NCBI GenBank assembly: GCA_008632985.1
Contig: QPGO01000060.1
Coordinates: 372,001 to 436,000 of the forward strand
From: Psammoneis japonica
Taxonomy: Eukaryota
Direction: 5' to 3'
DNA length: 64,000 bases
Below, in pieces: positions 24,035 through 36,240 of this stretch; position 1 is the first letter of the stretch; each line of letters opens with the position of its first letter. Below the pieces are notes generated by a model, which was not told where the DNA came from, made no database searches, and saw only the letters and a list, made by a program, of their open reading frames with translations. The position numbers and the translations under genes are program-made.

Positions 24035-24784
24035 ATATTATACAACATCGTCAATGGATAGTCATTCAAAATTCAAAATTTCGGTTTGTCCGTCATCGCG
24101 ATAAACCAAGCAAGGAGACGAGGAACGAGGAACAACAAGAAGATGTGCGTGTGCGTGTCCTGACGACTCACACTCGTTGCGCGGCCTGCCAGACTTCCAT
24201 TGTCGTCTCATCTTCAGGTCCATCACACCCACGGTGCTTTCCTGGGACAGGGCATGTCTTCTTGAAATGCCACCCTCCATGCACCAAGGAAGGGTGACGC
24301 TTTCGATTTTCCCACCCTCTTCCACGGTGTCCATTGATGAGAATGGGTGAGAGCACCTTGGCCCCGTGGTTCTCTTGGCAAACCACATGCTTCTCTTTCA
24401 GTCCCTTTGCATCAGCAAACAGCTTCAATTCTTCATGAAAAGCAATCCACAGGTGTGGCTCTCATTGTTTGCAGTTTTGAGGCAAATGGGCACTTCAGTT
24501 TTCACCTTCTCAACTGGCAGGGAGTCGGAGCGGCTGTGGACATGTTTGCTGCTGCAGCAATCATGACTTGATGTTTTGCAAGGATGTGTGTTGAGTCTCT
24601 CACAAAGTGTCAAGGAAAAAATCCATGGAGAGCACTTGGCAATTGCGGTTCTCTGCATTTTTGTTTGTTTCACATTTGTCGTTGAACGCTCTTGTTGAGA
24701 TTTGTGTGGGGCCTGCAAATTGACACAGTGTGTGTGGCAGTGCCACAAAAATGTTGTTTGTTTGTTGCTCTGCATGGAGATGAA

Positions 24785-24810
24785 AACAACAACAACAACA
24801 ACAACAACAA
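24785..24810. repeat. (AAC)8 microsatellite
   Basis: AACAACAACAACAACAACAACAACAA read directly from the sequence. Confidence 0.9.
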
Positions 24811-25279
24811 GAATGACAACTGTGCAGCAGCAATGAAAAAATGAGAACTTCAGCACTTCTTTTTCAGCGTGAACATTTTTGCTTGCAGAAATTGTCAAAA
24901 TGCCCCACTGACTGCATTGCAGCTTGATCATTTCAATCATTTTAAAATGCAAACCAGTGCTCAGTGCTGTGAACATCAAATGAGTGCAATGATGCAAGCA
25001 CAGTTCATTGTCATGATCCGTGGCAATGCCACAAGCAAAAAGCAGGAAATGCATTTGAAAACCCACTGGCATGTGAAGAGGCAGAAGCTCTGCCAGATGG
25101 AAGGAAAAAGACAGAATTGTTGAAGCTGTTGCCCGGGGGGCCAGTTGTGACAAGCCAAGCAAATCAAGATCTGACAACTTTGATGCATGGTGGTTTCATC
25201 AGGCAAAGGAGAAGACAACTGCAGACACACAATGGATGAGGAAAATTTGCCCAACAGCACCTTGAATCATGCAGCATTG

Positions 25280-26240
25280 TGCAACTTGCCATTGTGCTTG
25301 ACATCAAGCGCAGCTTCTGCATCTTCCACCACAACAAAGCCAGAACACACACCTGCATTGGCTGCATTGGTTCACATTCTGACCCTCCTGAAAGCACAGC
25401 CAGAGGCCAATCTTTGATGCAGCCAATGTGGTGCACCTGTGAGATTGACCACAAAGACCATTTTGGCATTACATCCAAGATGCAAATGTGCTGCTCTTCC
25501 AAGTCCTGTCAAAAGCAAATGTTCATCAGCTCAGCCATCCATGAGACAGAACAAGGAAATTCCTCAAGGAGTGCAAGAGACAGACATGTGCTCAACCATC
25601 AACTTGCTTTTTCTTTTCTGGCAATGGGATCAGGAGGCCAAGATGCTTCAAAACTGCTTGGACTGCTGGACCTGCCAAATGCAAAGAGCATGGGAAAGGA
25701 CACTTTCTCTCATGTCAAGAGAAAGATTGGTCCAATGATGTGGAGCATTGGTGATTCATTGCCGGATCATGCCCTTCAAAATGAGGTTTGGGCCACACTG
25801 GAGGAAATGCCACAGCAAGGTGTCACTTTTGATGCATGGAAAACAATGCCTCCTGTGAGAATGGCACCCAACTTGGTGTGTGCCCTGAAATCACAGCATC
25901 CACTGACATGGGCTGGCAAGCTTGTCTCATGGCCAATGCTGGCATGCCTCTCACCACTGCCTTTCTTGGCACCAAGCTTCACAAGCGAATTGTCAGGATG
26001 GTCTTGTGAAAGCAATGCAGCATGTGCGTGCAACACACCAACCACACAGCTGTGCTGATGCGTGAGTGCCCCTTGAACTGCAAAGGTCATTCAAAGTCAA
26101 TGGAGGCACACAGCACTGTTCAGTTGTGCAAGGAGACATGTCATGAGAAAAAGAAAGTGTGCCTTGGGTTGGTTGTTGCAGATTGCAACTCCACGATGCG
26201 GGCTCAGCTCAAGTGCCGGGCTCAAAAAACCTGGTGATGT
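25280..26240 (+). mobile_element. Degenerate DDE transposase (Mutator-like-domain / Kolobok-type)
   Basis: HVLNHQLAFSFLAMGSGGQDASKLLGLLDLP, ASTDMGWQ (about 25895-25920), CPLNCKGHSKSMEA and LVVADCNSTMRAQLK occur across frameshifts. Termini were not identified. Confidence 0.7.
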
Positions 26241-27629
26241 TGCTGGAGACCACACTGGAAATGAGACAAACTCACCTGCACTGGTGACAGCAACCAAAAA
26301 GGCAAGCAAGACAGCAAAGGTGTGCAAATCTTGCAAAGGCACTTGTTGATGACAAGGCAGATTTGGTGATGATGTCATGGAGAGGGTGTGATGCCGTCGG
26401 CGCAAAATTGAAAAGGGAATCAGGGTTCTGTTGAGTTGGATTTTTGATGAGTGTGATTTGCTTGACAAACTGCCGCCGCTGAACCCTGACAATGATGATG
26501 ACACTTTCCAGATGCTCTTGCAGAGGATGACTTTGCAACAGGCACTCAACACATCAATCAGCAACATTGTTGTGAACACAAACACATGAAAAGCCCCCCG
26601 GACAAAGTTGCAATCGTTCAACAATGAAGAACACATCAAAGTGACTTGTCGAAAAACAGAGCTCGGCATTGGGGCGAGGTTTTGCTTTGGAAACGAAGGT
26701 TGCTCACGGGACTTTCATGACTGAGTGCGTTCTTAAACTTGACAAACTAAATGTCTAAAGACAAAAGACTCTGGGACACGTTGCTGACATGACAAATGTT
26801 GCGACAACACACCACCTTCACGTCGCCGCCTTCTCTAGAGTGGTTGTCCGCACAAATGCCACATTTGCGCTGCATGGGGCCCTGTGGCATCACTGTGGCA
26901 TTTCCATCCAAAACGCCACCACTGTTTTTACAATGCATGCTCCCCAACTGTTTTGCCGTTGTCAGCAAAGCATCAAACACCGCAGGGCAAAGGGGCAAAG
27001 GCCTCTGAGCACCAGCAAAAAACCGAATTGAGTCCTTGTGACTGAACTGAGTCCTTGTCCAACCCACATGTTGAATCGATCGATAAAATGATGAAAAAAC
27101 CAAGCAACCAAACTGTTTTTGTTGCTGTGACAATCTTCAATTGCTGCTGCTTCTGACCGTGTGTTTGGATTTGGGTGTTTCAGTTTTCTCCGGCTGCCCG
27201 TTGCCGTCGAACATGGTTGTTTGCATTTTTTGAAGCGAAAACAAGATTCAACAATTCGCACGAAACTTTTTTGTTAAGCCACACATGTCACATGTCATCA
27301 CTTCTCCATGCTGCTTGCTGATTTGGAGGTGTGTTGAATTTTTTCTGGTGCTTGACACGCAGAAATGTACAGAGGGACCGAATTGAGTCACTGCGTGAAA
27401 AAGGTGCAACTTTTGCGGCCATTTGAGCTAATCCCAAGCCCATTTCACAACCAACTGTCATCAGAGAACTCGTCAAGAGATGATGAAAAGCTAGGAAATG
27501 CAAAGAAATGGTCAGTTTTAGGCCAATGATGGGCAAAAAATGGCCATTCAACATGTGGCAAAAATGAGGACTCAATTCGGTTTTTCACTGGTGCATGAAA
27601 AATGAGTTCGTCGCAGTCGGAAGCCATGA

Positions 27630-27804
27630 TGCAAGATCTGGCTTGAGATGACTTGAAAAAAGTTGTGCAAGAACCGAGGAGAGACCCCATCATTGCTGAT
27701 GTGGGGCAAACCCAACGGTTCCCGGCACATCTAATGTGTCAGTCAACACACACACATCAGAGAGGGCACACTCGGTCACAAAGTGCATGTGCCCATCTCA
27801 TTCA
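27630..27804 (-). repeat. 3' LTR of the Gypsy element
   Basis: Ungapped 175-bp alignment to 33421-33595; preceded on the minus strand by the polypurine tract. Confidence 0.95.
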
Positions 27805-30137
27805 CTCTTCCCCTCCATGGTGCAAGGGACACATGCACCATTGGAACCACTTGACTAAAATTCAAACCCAATGCGCACGGAGAAGGGAACCCAGACGTTG
27901 GGAAGAAACCCTCAACTCTGATGCGGCACCACATGGCGAATGTCAATTCGCTCAATGAGGTGCGGTGCTTGCAGCACCGAAACAGTCCCGTTGGCACAGA
28001 CTTGCACAATTTGAAATGGACCACAAGCTTGTTCTTCCAACTTTGAAGGATCCACCGACTTGATTGACACATCTTGACCAACTGGACAATTGCAGGAATG
28101 GTGCTTCGCATTCTGTCATCGTAGATTCTCTTGTCGATCAACACTTGTCAGTTGGCTTGTGTTGTTGTGAGGTCGGAGACAACAGGTGGGTCCAAAATCA
28201 CATCACGTTGAAACACTGGAGCTCCACTTGAAACACCCGCAGACCTTGAGTGGGAGCATCGCAAGGCACAGGAGGCTGTGGCAAGGGCATCGTCCACAAT
28301 CTGCTCGGCCTGTTGAACATTCAAAGGTGGGTTAGTGACAACCACAGTGCACAAGATGTCAGCTGCCGTCTGGTGCATTTGTTCACAAATGGAGTTGGCT
28401 GTGGGATTTTGAGATGTTGTCGGTGCATCAGCAATGCCCGCTTGGTTCAGTGGCATCTGAAATTCCCAACCAATGAATTCTCCACCATTGTCATGAATGC
28501 ATCGATTCGGTCTGGGATGACGAGCCAACCAAAGGTTGCAAAACTTGTCAGTCACATGCTGAGAAGTTTTGTTGTCAATGCGCACGAGTTCAGTCAATCC
28601 AGCAACAGCATCAATGCAAGTGAGAGCACTGAATTCAATTTCTTGGTCTTGAATCATTGTCTTCCACGGTCCAATGAGATCAACTGCTGCTTCCGTCCAC
28701 GGAGCTAACGGCGCTTGACGTTGAGGCAATTCTCCACAGCCAGGACCCAGTTGTTCAAATTGTTGACATGCATCACAGACAAATTCATTGCAACGTCGAC
28801 GCAATGCAGGATGATGCATGTGAGTCCGAACACTTTCGTGCAATTGCACGACTCCACAATGGCCCAATGTGCGATGACACCATGCAATGACATCCCGCAA
28901 CAACGCAGCAGGGAACACAAATCTTCCAGGCTCCAGGCGGATCATTCAAATGCAAACGACAACAAATCAGGGGACGATGGTTCACAATCTTGACCACAAA
29001 CTGCTGAGGGTTTTGTTGTCTTTGCTGATTCAGTTGGAGGTCTTCGAACTGGAACTGTTGGATCCTCAACATCTCAGTGGGATTTGGCATCTCGTCCAGT
29101 GTCGGGTGATTCAAAAAGCATTCAAACAATTCAGGCTCATTGAGCAGAGAGGAAAAGGCGGCGCGAGACTCATCAGAAGGATCAACAGGAGCACGGCAAC
29201 ATTTGAACCTGCAAGCGCCCAACTCCAAATCTTCCTCTTCCTCTTCCTTGCTCAGTTCACTGGAATCCAACTTTTCAAAATGAACAATTTTTCCTTTGCG
29301 TTTGCCACTTGGCCCAAGGCTCTTCACCTCCAAAGGCGGATCCACACGTGGCAGATGAGAAAAACAATCGGCGAGCACGTCATCCTTGCCCTCGACATGC
29401 TCAAACGCAGGCGCAAAATCTTTGAGGAACAGTCGCCAACGAAGGACACGCTGTGTGTTCAAAGTGCGAAAGGTGAGATTTTTGTGATCAGTGTGAACAG
29501 TGATTTCAGCACCGAGTGTCATTGAGCGAAATTCCTTGAAGCACATGACGACGGCCAGGAGTTCCTTTTCCATTGTTGACTGACTCCGTTGAGCCGCCGA
29601 AAGCTTCTTAGACCAACGCGCCACTGGCTTGCCATCTTGAATGACAGCGGCGCCCATCTGGCAGTCTGATGCATTGGTGCAGACATGTCGAACACTTTCT
29701 GGCATGATTCCATCCATTGGAACTGACTCTTGCCTGTCAATTCAGTCAGAGGTGCAAGCAGGTGAGAACGGTGAGGCCACACATTGCGACAGTGAGTCGC
29801 TGCACCGAGAAACGATCGGAGTTGAGCAGTGTTCTGTGGAGGTTGCATTCGTAGAATCGCTTCGACCTTTTTCTTCCACGGTTTGACACCAGTCGGAGCA
29901 AGCCAATGCCCCAGGAAATTGGTTTCTTGAACACACCACTCGCACCTCAACGGGTTAACTTTCAAACCATTCTCCTCAAGACGATGATGCAGCACCTTGT
30001 CAAGACGAGAGAGATGGCAATCAAAGTCAGCATCAAATGCGCCAACATCATCAACATGAGTTTCAACATCCAAACCATGAAGAATCTTTTCAACAATGGA
30101 CTGAGCAATGTCTGGAGCTGGCTTCAATCCCACAGCC

Positions 30138-30527
30138 GACGGGTTCCAGTCCTAGGTGGGACTCCGTGTGACATTGGGCCCGTAGAATTCTACGTGCGAG
30201 CTCCGCAGTGCTAGAATTTAATTAATGGATGTGTTTGTCTTCAACATCAAATGAACTGCCAAGTTTGTGGTACAATTATGCCTCTTGCCACTCGACGTTT
30301 CTGCAAATGCGCCTGCCCTACGCGATTCTTAAGACATTATAGAATCGCGCTGTAACAAAAAATGTCAAAAGTTGTTGGACGGATCGCTCAATAAGTGTAC
30401 CGTAAAATGACACAAAATATCGAAAAAATCACGTAGAAATCTACGTGCGCGACATACGACGTGATTCAAAAAACTATCGATGTCACAGTTCAGTAGTACG
30501 AGGTCCCACCTAGACCTGGAACGCGTC
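30138..30527. mobile_element. 390-bp MITE inserted in the Gypsy RT; 30-bp imperfect TIRs, 4-bp TSD AGCC
   Basis: Left end GACGGGTTCCAGTCCTAGGTGGGACTCCGT; reverse complement of right end GACGCGTTCCAGGTCTAGGTGGGACCTCGT. AGCC lies at 30134-30137 and 30528-30531. Excision restores the RT frame GKFQCCRMA-VGLKPAPDIAQ. Confidence 0.93.
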
Positions 30528-33420
30528 AGCCATGCGACAGCACTGGAACTTTCCGCAGGGAGTTGCAATTGCAGCGAGCTCCTTGCTTTCATCGTCCAAT
30601 TCCAAATTGTAGTAGAACACAGTGAGATCCAATTTCGTGAAGAATTTGCAGCCCGCTCTCCGCTGCAGCACATCTTGAACAACCGGCAGAGGACACACTT
30701 TCCACTTGAGGACCTTGTTGAGCTCCCAAAAATCTGATGCCCATCGCACTTGACCATCTTTCTTCGGAGCAATGAAGGTGCCAGCTGCCCATTCCGTAGG
30801 TCCACATGGTCGCAGCATGCCGAGATTCACCAGATGCTTTCCATTCCTTCTTGAATGCTTCTTCATTGACTCGAGCAACAGGAAACGGTTTTGAGTGATG
30901 AGGAACAGCGTTTTCATCCACTTCAAGGTGCACCTTTTCATGAGGATGGTGGCCCAACGTCCCATCAAATAAAGTCGAATGCTTTTCCAACACCGCTGGT
31001 GGCTTCTTCTTTTGTTCTTCTGTGAGATGGTCCAAGTTCCAAACTGCCTCCGCCAGATCCGTCGCTTCGCACTTGGCATCAAGCGTGTGGGTGTCATGTC
31101 CGTCGTCGCATCCGCAGTCCGACTCGTCTTCACAATCTTCATCAAATTCATCCATTTGGTCTGGGGCAATGTGCCAATTGCAGGACTTGGACCAATGACG
31201 AGGTTCCTTCATTGGGATCACACGGTCTAGCCAATGCAGCGTTCTCGCATCACAGTTCAAATTGAGACCAATCTTGTCCAAGAAATCTCGACCCAAAATG
31301 ACATCATGCGCACACGGAGCATTGAATGCGTGAGCCACACAGCCGTCAATCCTCCTGGTCTTGTCGAATTCTGGCAATGCAATGTCGCTCAAGGCCACCC
31401 AATGGCCAGACTGGAAAGGACCTGCAACGGTTTGAAAAGCTCGGACTCCATGTTTGTCAATGGATGGCACAGCTCCTCGAGGTAAAACTTGAGACGAGAT
31501 CATAGTGTGAGAACCACCTCAGTCAAACAAAACACACATCACATGATTCGACTCATGCCGTTGGATCAATTTTGCAACAAGTGGTGCAGATGGGACCAAC
31601 GCGGTGCGCGAGACTTGCGAGTTCATTTTGGGGAGAGGAATGTCACATTCAAACGCATCTTGATCAAACACATCCCCCTCTTCATTCATGCAATTTTCTG
31701 CAGCATTTTCAAATTCAACATGCAACAATTTGTCAGGATTTTCAAAACAGTCAAAAGCAAAACATTCGTCATTTCATTCAGGCAAAACACAATCATTTTC
31801 ATCAACAAGTGCTTCTCTCACAGGCAATTGGGAGCATTCAGCTCCGGAGCATTCAGCTCCGGAGTTTCAGAACTGCCAAGGAAACTGCCCATCTGGCTGA
31901 AACCTCACCACACCTCCACAACATGGAGGGCCTCGTCCGATCACATTGAAATGGTGCACATCACCATGAGGAGCTTCTTGAGCCTGGTTGTTGTCACTCA
32001 CATTGTCTGCTTGAGCAGCACATCCATCGGCCTGACCTTGGCCTCCACGGTTGTTGTTTTCATTGCAACAATGTTGACCGCCACCTTGGTTGCCATTGTT
32101 GTTCTGGTGTCCATTGTTGTTGTTGTTACAACAGGTGCCATGACCTCCTTGGTTCTGGTTGCCACGACCACCAAAGCATCCACCGCCTCCACGGCCTTGT
32201 CCACGGCCTCCTTGGAAACGACCTCTGCCTCGACCTCCACCGCCACAGCCTCCTCCTTGACCGCCACGGTTTTGAGGCCCACGACAGTTGGGGTTGTTTG
32301 GATCATCACAACACTGGCCCCACGCATGCCTTCCATGGTGCCACGGGACCGGACACGGATCACTCGCCTTCGGCTGGCCCCTTGTTGTCCTTCTTGTCTC
32401 GGTTGCCCTTTTTGTCACTGGAGTTCCCTCCATTGCCATTGTTGGACTTGCGTTTCTTGTTGTCTTGACCGTTGGCGAACACCTTCTCGTTGCTCATGCA
32501 GGCTTGGACATCCACCATCAAATCCGCAACAAGGTTCTTGCCCGCATGAATGTGGGGGCTGTTGCCAGGTCAAAGGAAAGGTGTAAAAGATGATGTTCTT
32601 CTGCTCCTGCTCTGTAAGTTCAGGAACGGTTCCAGGCAAACGGTTGGCACAACGAAACAAGGTTTCCATGCGATCAATGTGAGTTTCCAATTCCGCTGAA
32701 CAAGGCTTTTTGCAAGCAGGCAAATGCATCTTCATCGTGTCGCGAGCTGTCGGTTTTACGCAGTGCAAACAGCAAGCCGAGACAGCCTCATTGAATTGAG
32801 CTGCCGTTCGTTGATTCTGTTGGACACCCATGGCAATGTTCTGCCATTTTGCCTCCGCAGTGCCTTGGAGACAATCCTCAAAAGCATCAAACAATTCTGT
32901 TCCAGCATCGCAGTTGAGCTGTCTTGCCACCTTCCGGAACCCATCCTCCACGTGCAACAATGATTCAATTCCATGCTCTCCTGTGAAAACAGGACACATT
33001 TTCGAAAGTTCAGTGCCATCATCAAAGGTTTGAGTGAGCTTCACTTCCTGCAATTCTGAATCTATGAATTTGGTCTTACATTCAACGCACGCTTTCTCCA
33101 AGGCTTCTTGACACATGGCGATGATCAACAATCCACAAGACAAACAAAATGAGGTGCTCCCATTTGATCCACACAACAAGAACAATTGACAACCAAACAA
33201 GAACAAATTCAACAGTGGCAACACGTGCTTTGAGTTCAAAAAAATGCTGCTCCGCATTGCCAATTTCACGAGCAAAGTTGCACTGCGCTTCTGATCGATT
33301 TTGAATGAAATTTTCTGCATGAGCTCGCAAACAAATTTTCTCTCTTCTCGACAACACTCTTTGCGTTGTCACAAAACAGATGATGCAATGAACAAGCTGT
33401 GACAACGACTGCAATTGCAG

Positions 33421-33595
33421 TGCAAGATCCAGCTTGAGATGACTTGACAAAAGTTGTGCGAGAACCGAGGAGAGACCCCATCATCGCTGATGTGGGGCAA
33501 ACCCAATGGTTCCCGGTGTGTCTGGTGCATCAGTTGATGTGCACATGTCAGAGAGGGCACACTCAGTCATAAAGTGCATGTGCCTGTCTCATTCA
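33421..33595 (-). repeat. 5' LTR of the Gypsy element
   Basis: Ungapped 175-bp alignment to 27630-27804 with 26 mismatches. Confidence 0.95.
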
Positions 33596-34323
33596 CACGA
33601 ATCATCAACGCCGGCATGCCTTTTTCACACGCTTTGTGGCATTCCGTAGAATCAGTGCCAGGTCCGGCATAGAAAGAAATGCCACATGGCATCATGGCAT
33701 TTGTGCGGACAACTTCTGGTGGGGTCCGACAGAAAATCGATCCTGAACCAGGCCTGCGGGGAGCATTGACCACTTGTCTTTCTTTGTGGGTGTGGGTGTG
33801 TGCCGCTGCATGCTGCATTGCCTGCACTCCTGCGCACGCAGGGCCCTGCCGCCGGGGCCGGCATTGTGTGTGGCGGCTGAGTGGCGTGGCCACCGCACCG
33901 GTGATGCGGATGACCGTCATGTTTGATGTCTCATGCCATTTTTGGGGCTGTGGCGAGGTGCACGGACACTCTTTTTTTTCCAATTTATCGCCACAACAGC
34001 GCATCGCACAAACTCTCTTGTTGTTCGATGTGTTTTTCCCAATGTGACTCTTTCGTGTAGAATTCACGACATGTTGTCTTTGTGCGCAACTGAGTGCATT
34101 TTTGAACATGCCACGCCGGCAGCCCCAATTTTTCAGAACTTTCGAGCTCTCCTGAAAAACCGTGCCACGCACCCGTCGCAGGGAATTTGTCGATTTTTTA
34201 GGATGTCCCCACGACCTCTCATGTCCTCAATGATCATTCTACGAATCCGAAGAATTCATCTGTACTAAACAACCCATCCCGTTCCAAAATCCGAGGGACA
34301 CACTTTCAAATTCAGACGGACAA

Positions 34324-34380
34324 CCCGACCCCCCGACTGCCCGACTGCCCGACCCCCCGACTGCCCGACTGCCCGACTGC
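34324..34380. repeat. 8-bp tandem repeat CCCGAC(TG/CC), about 7 units
   Basis: CCCGACCC CCCGACTG CCCGACTG CCCGACCC CCCGACTG CCCGACTG CCCGACTG read directly from the sequence. Confidence 0.9.
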
Positions 34381-34488
34381 CGGACCGACACGAAAAAGTC
34401 TGCAATCACCAACCACTGAGTGGTCAATGAAAATCAAATCAAATCGTCTTGCTTTCACCTAAAAGTACGCGACAGTGACGGTGAAGCC

Positions 34489-36048
34489 ATGGCGTCTCGT
34501 CAAAGCGTATGGGACCATATTAACGTTGCACTGCCGAATCTAACTTACTTACATGGCTCATTACAAAGGCAAGGAAAGGGATCAACGACGTGGGCTGCTC
34601 ATTCCCACACTCCCATCTCTGTTGAAGAGTGGCCCGAGTTTCCAACCAAGATTCAAGAGGCATCACAACGACCCGAGAACACCCGCATAATTGACACCAA
34701 TGTTGGTGCAAGCATCCTTCAAACTGGGCTTGATTATGTCGAGAGAGAAGAAGATGTGACAGACAATACACGGGCGTTACTCAAGGTATTTCGAATAGTA
34801 CAGGCTGACTTTGACATTGTGAAAAACGATGTATACACGTTGTCACAGCCAGACTTGGTTGCGCTACGACGAGAAGGGCAAGAGATAATATCTGCTCCGT
34901 CTGAGTATAAATCTCCAGTGAGCCGCCAGGCAGTGTCGAGACATGTCATTGAAAACACCGTTCCCTTATGTACTTTCGAAACCAAGCCTTTCTGGAAATT
35001 CCGCTTTCTCCTACGCGGCGACGGTACGAGAGTGCTAACAACTCTATTTCAATATCCTAATGGCTTCACGGCTGAAAATATGGAGAGCAAATCTCCTCTT
35101 CCAAAAGACTGGACAAAAGAAAAAAAGAAAGTTTTTCACCTGATTCGTCAAGTCTACGGTCAAATGCTTTCTTCGAGGCTTAGGTACGGCGTGATCAATC
35201 TGTACGAAGTTTGGTGGTTTTGCTGCCGCGATTCTAATGGTACGCTCAAGATCTCTCGCCCGTTTCGGAAGGAAGAAACCTCGCCATCCGTGCTTCAGGC
35301 AATCAAGACCATTATTGAGTTTCGTGACTTCAAACTAGAGGAGACGCCTTACCACCCTGCTTCCGCTGTAAAAGCCCGTCGTCTGGAAGAAAGTCCCGAC
35401 AAAGACCAGAAGAAGAAAACAAGAGACCCACCAGAACGGACACATAAGAACAGACTCCCAAATAAAAGCAGAAAGAAACTGGGCGATGGAAAGAGTGAGA
35501 CAGGAGCAACATCGGCCTGCTCTGAAGACGCGATTGGATTCGCTTCTCGTGTCTATATGTGGGACTGTGAACTTGTCGATTACAATGACAATGTCAAGCT
35601 TCTTTCCAGCAACAAAAACCCTTCTGTCCTTATCAAAATGCAGTACAATACTCGGGCAGAACATGTTGCCGAAGAAATGACAAACGAGGCATCAGTATAC
35701 CAGAAGCTGTCTCAGAACTCCAATGTAAAGGACGCCATTGCTAAGTTCTATGGATTCAGCACCCATCTCGGAGTTCCTTTGTTGTGCTTGGGAAAGGAAG
35801 GCCCTAGTTTCGAGGACATTGGTCTCGAAAACATTTCTCTTGAGCTTCGAGTATCGGCATTAGAAAGTTTACGTCTTTTGAGTGGAGCTGGTCTTGTGCA
35901 CAACGATCTGGATCTCCGAAACATTGTACAGAGCAGTGAGGATCCGAAACGCGCCAAGATTATTGATTTCGGTCGTTCTGAGTTCACGGATGATGATAGG
36001 CTGCTTCAAGATCAGGTAGAAACGCTGAAGTCTATCTTAAAACTTTGA
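34489..36048 (+). CDS. Crinkler-like restriction-endonuclease-fold plus protein-kinase-like protein
   Basis: PD-(D/E)xK-like QPDLV...TFETKPFW, then RQVYGQM..RYGVINLYEVWWF..LKISRPF. C-terminal kinase-like VLIK, NEASVYQKL, LVHNDLDLRNIV, IIDFGRS. Intronless with normal TA/CG content. Confidence 0.7.
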   Translation: MASRQSVWDHINVALPNLTYLHGSLQRQGKGSTTWAAHSHTPISVEEWPEFPTKIQEASQRPENTRIIDTNVGASILQTGLDYVEREEDVTDNTRALLKVFRIVQADFDIVKNDVYTLSQPDLVALRREGQEIISAPSEYKSPVSRQAVSRHVIENTVPLCTFETKPFWKFRFLLRGDGTRVLTTLFQYPNGFTAENMESKSPLPKDWTKEKKKVFHLIRQVYGQMLSSRLRYGVINLYEVWWFCCRDSNGTLKISRPFRKEETSPSVLQAIKTIIEFRDFKLEETPYHPASAVKARRLEESPDKDQKKKTRDPPERTHKNRLPNKSRKKLGDGKSETGATSACSEDAIGFASRVYMWDCELVDYNDNVKLLSSNKNPSVLIKMQYNTRAEHVAEEMTNEASVYQKLSQNSNVKDAIAKFYGFSTHLGVPLLCLGKEGPSFEDIGLENISLELRVSALESLRLLSGAGLVHNDLDLRNIVQSSEDPKRAKIIDFGRSEFTDDDRLLQDQVETLKSILKL

Positions 36049-36199
36049 TGATTTTGAACGATTCATCGACGATCTATCTTTGGTTGAGCATGCTAGGGTG
36101 TTATGTTCGCATTGTGTGAAGAACCCGTACCGTTTCCAACGTGGAAGCTGTAACCTGAGTTACTTCCTTCTCCATTCCATCGCTGCAACTCTGCACTGC

Positions 36200-36240
36200 A
36201 GAAGTCCGGGGTCTTTGTTCATCAACCCTTGAATGATACC
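36200..36240. repeat. 41-bp exact copy of NCA2-like coding sequence (21748-21788)
   Basis: AGAAGTCCGGGGTCTTTGTTCATCAACCCTTGAATGATACC is identical at both loci. Confidence 0.95.

Larger units (their letters stand above)
27630..33595 (-). mobile_element. Full-length Ty3/Gypsy LTR retrotransposon, inactivated (gag-protease-RT-RNase H-integrase)
   Basis: 175-bp LTRs with TG...CA ends; 5-bp TSD CATGA (27625-27629) / CACGA (33596-33600); PPT GGAGGGGAAGAG at 27805-27816. RT ETHVDDVG and FFTKLDL; RNase H TNASDCQMGA..TMEKELLAVV..HTDHKNL; integrase VDLIGPW, IHDNGGEF, NSICEQMH; gag at 32415-33120. Confidence 0.97.
24100..34200. other. Hypermutated transposon block 2
   Basis: TA is nearly absent throughout except in the nested MITE. 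CG is strongly lost at 24.5-26.3 kb but largely retained in the gypsy element and at the edges. Confidence 0.9.

Noticed and set aside
30608..30616. Protected island of retained Tyr codons (VFYYN) near the MITE
   Set aside because: Scattered TA also survive elsewhere in the Gypsy element; this is consistent with incomplete saturation.
31489..32586. 365-aa plus-strand ORF
   Set aside because: Antisense shadow of the Gly/Asn-rich gag region of the Gypsy element.
4200..34200. Classical fungal RIP or plain CpG deamination as the full explanation
   Set aside because: RIP raises TA, and CpG decay cannot turn TAY Tyr codons into CAY/TGY. The polarised NCA2 copy loses TA while keeping CG.
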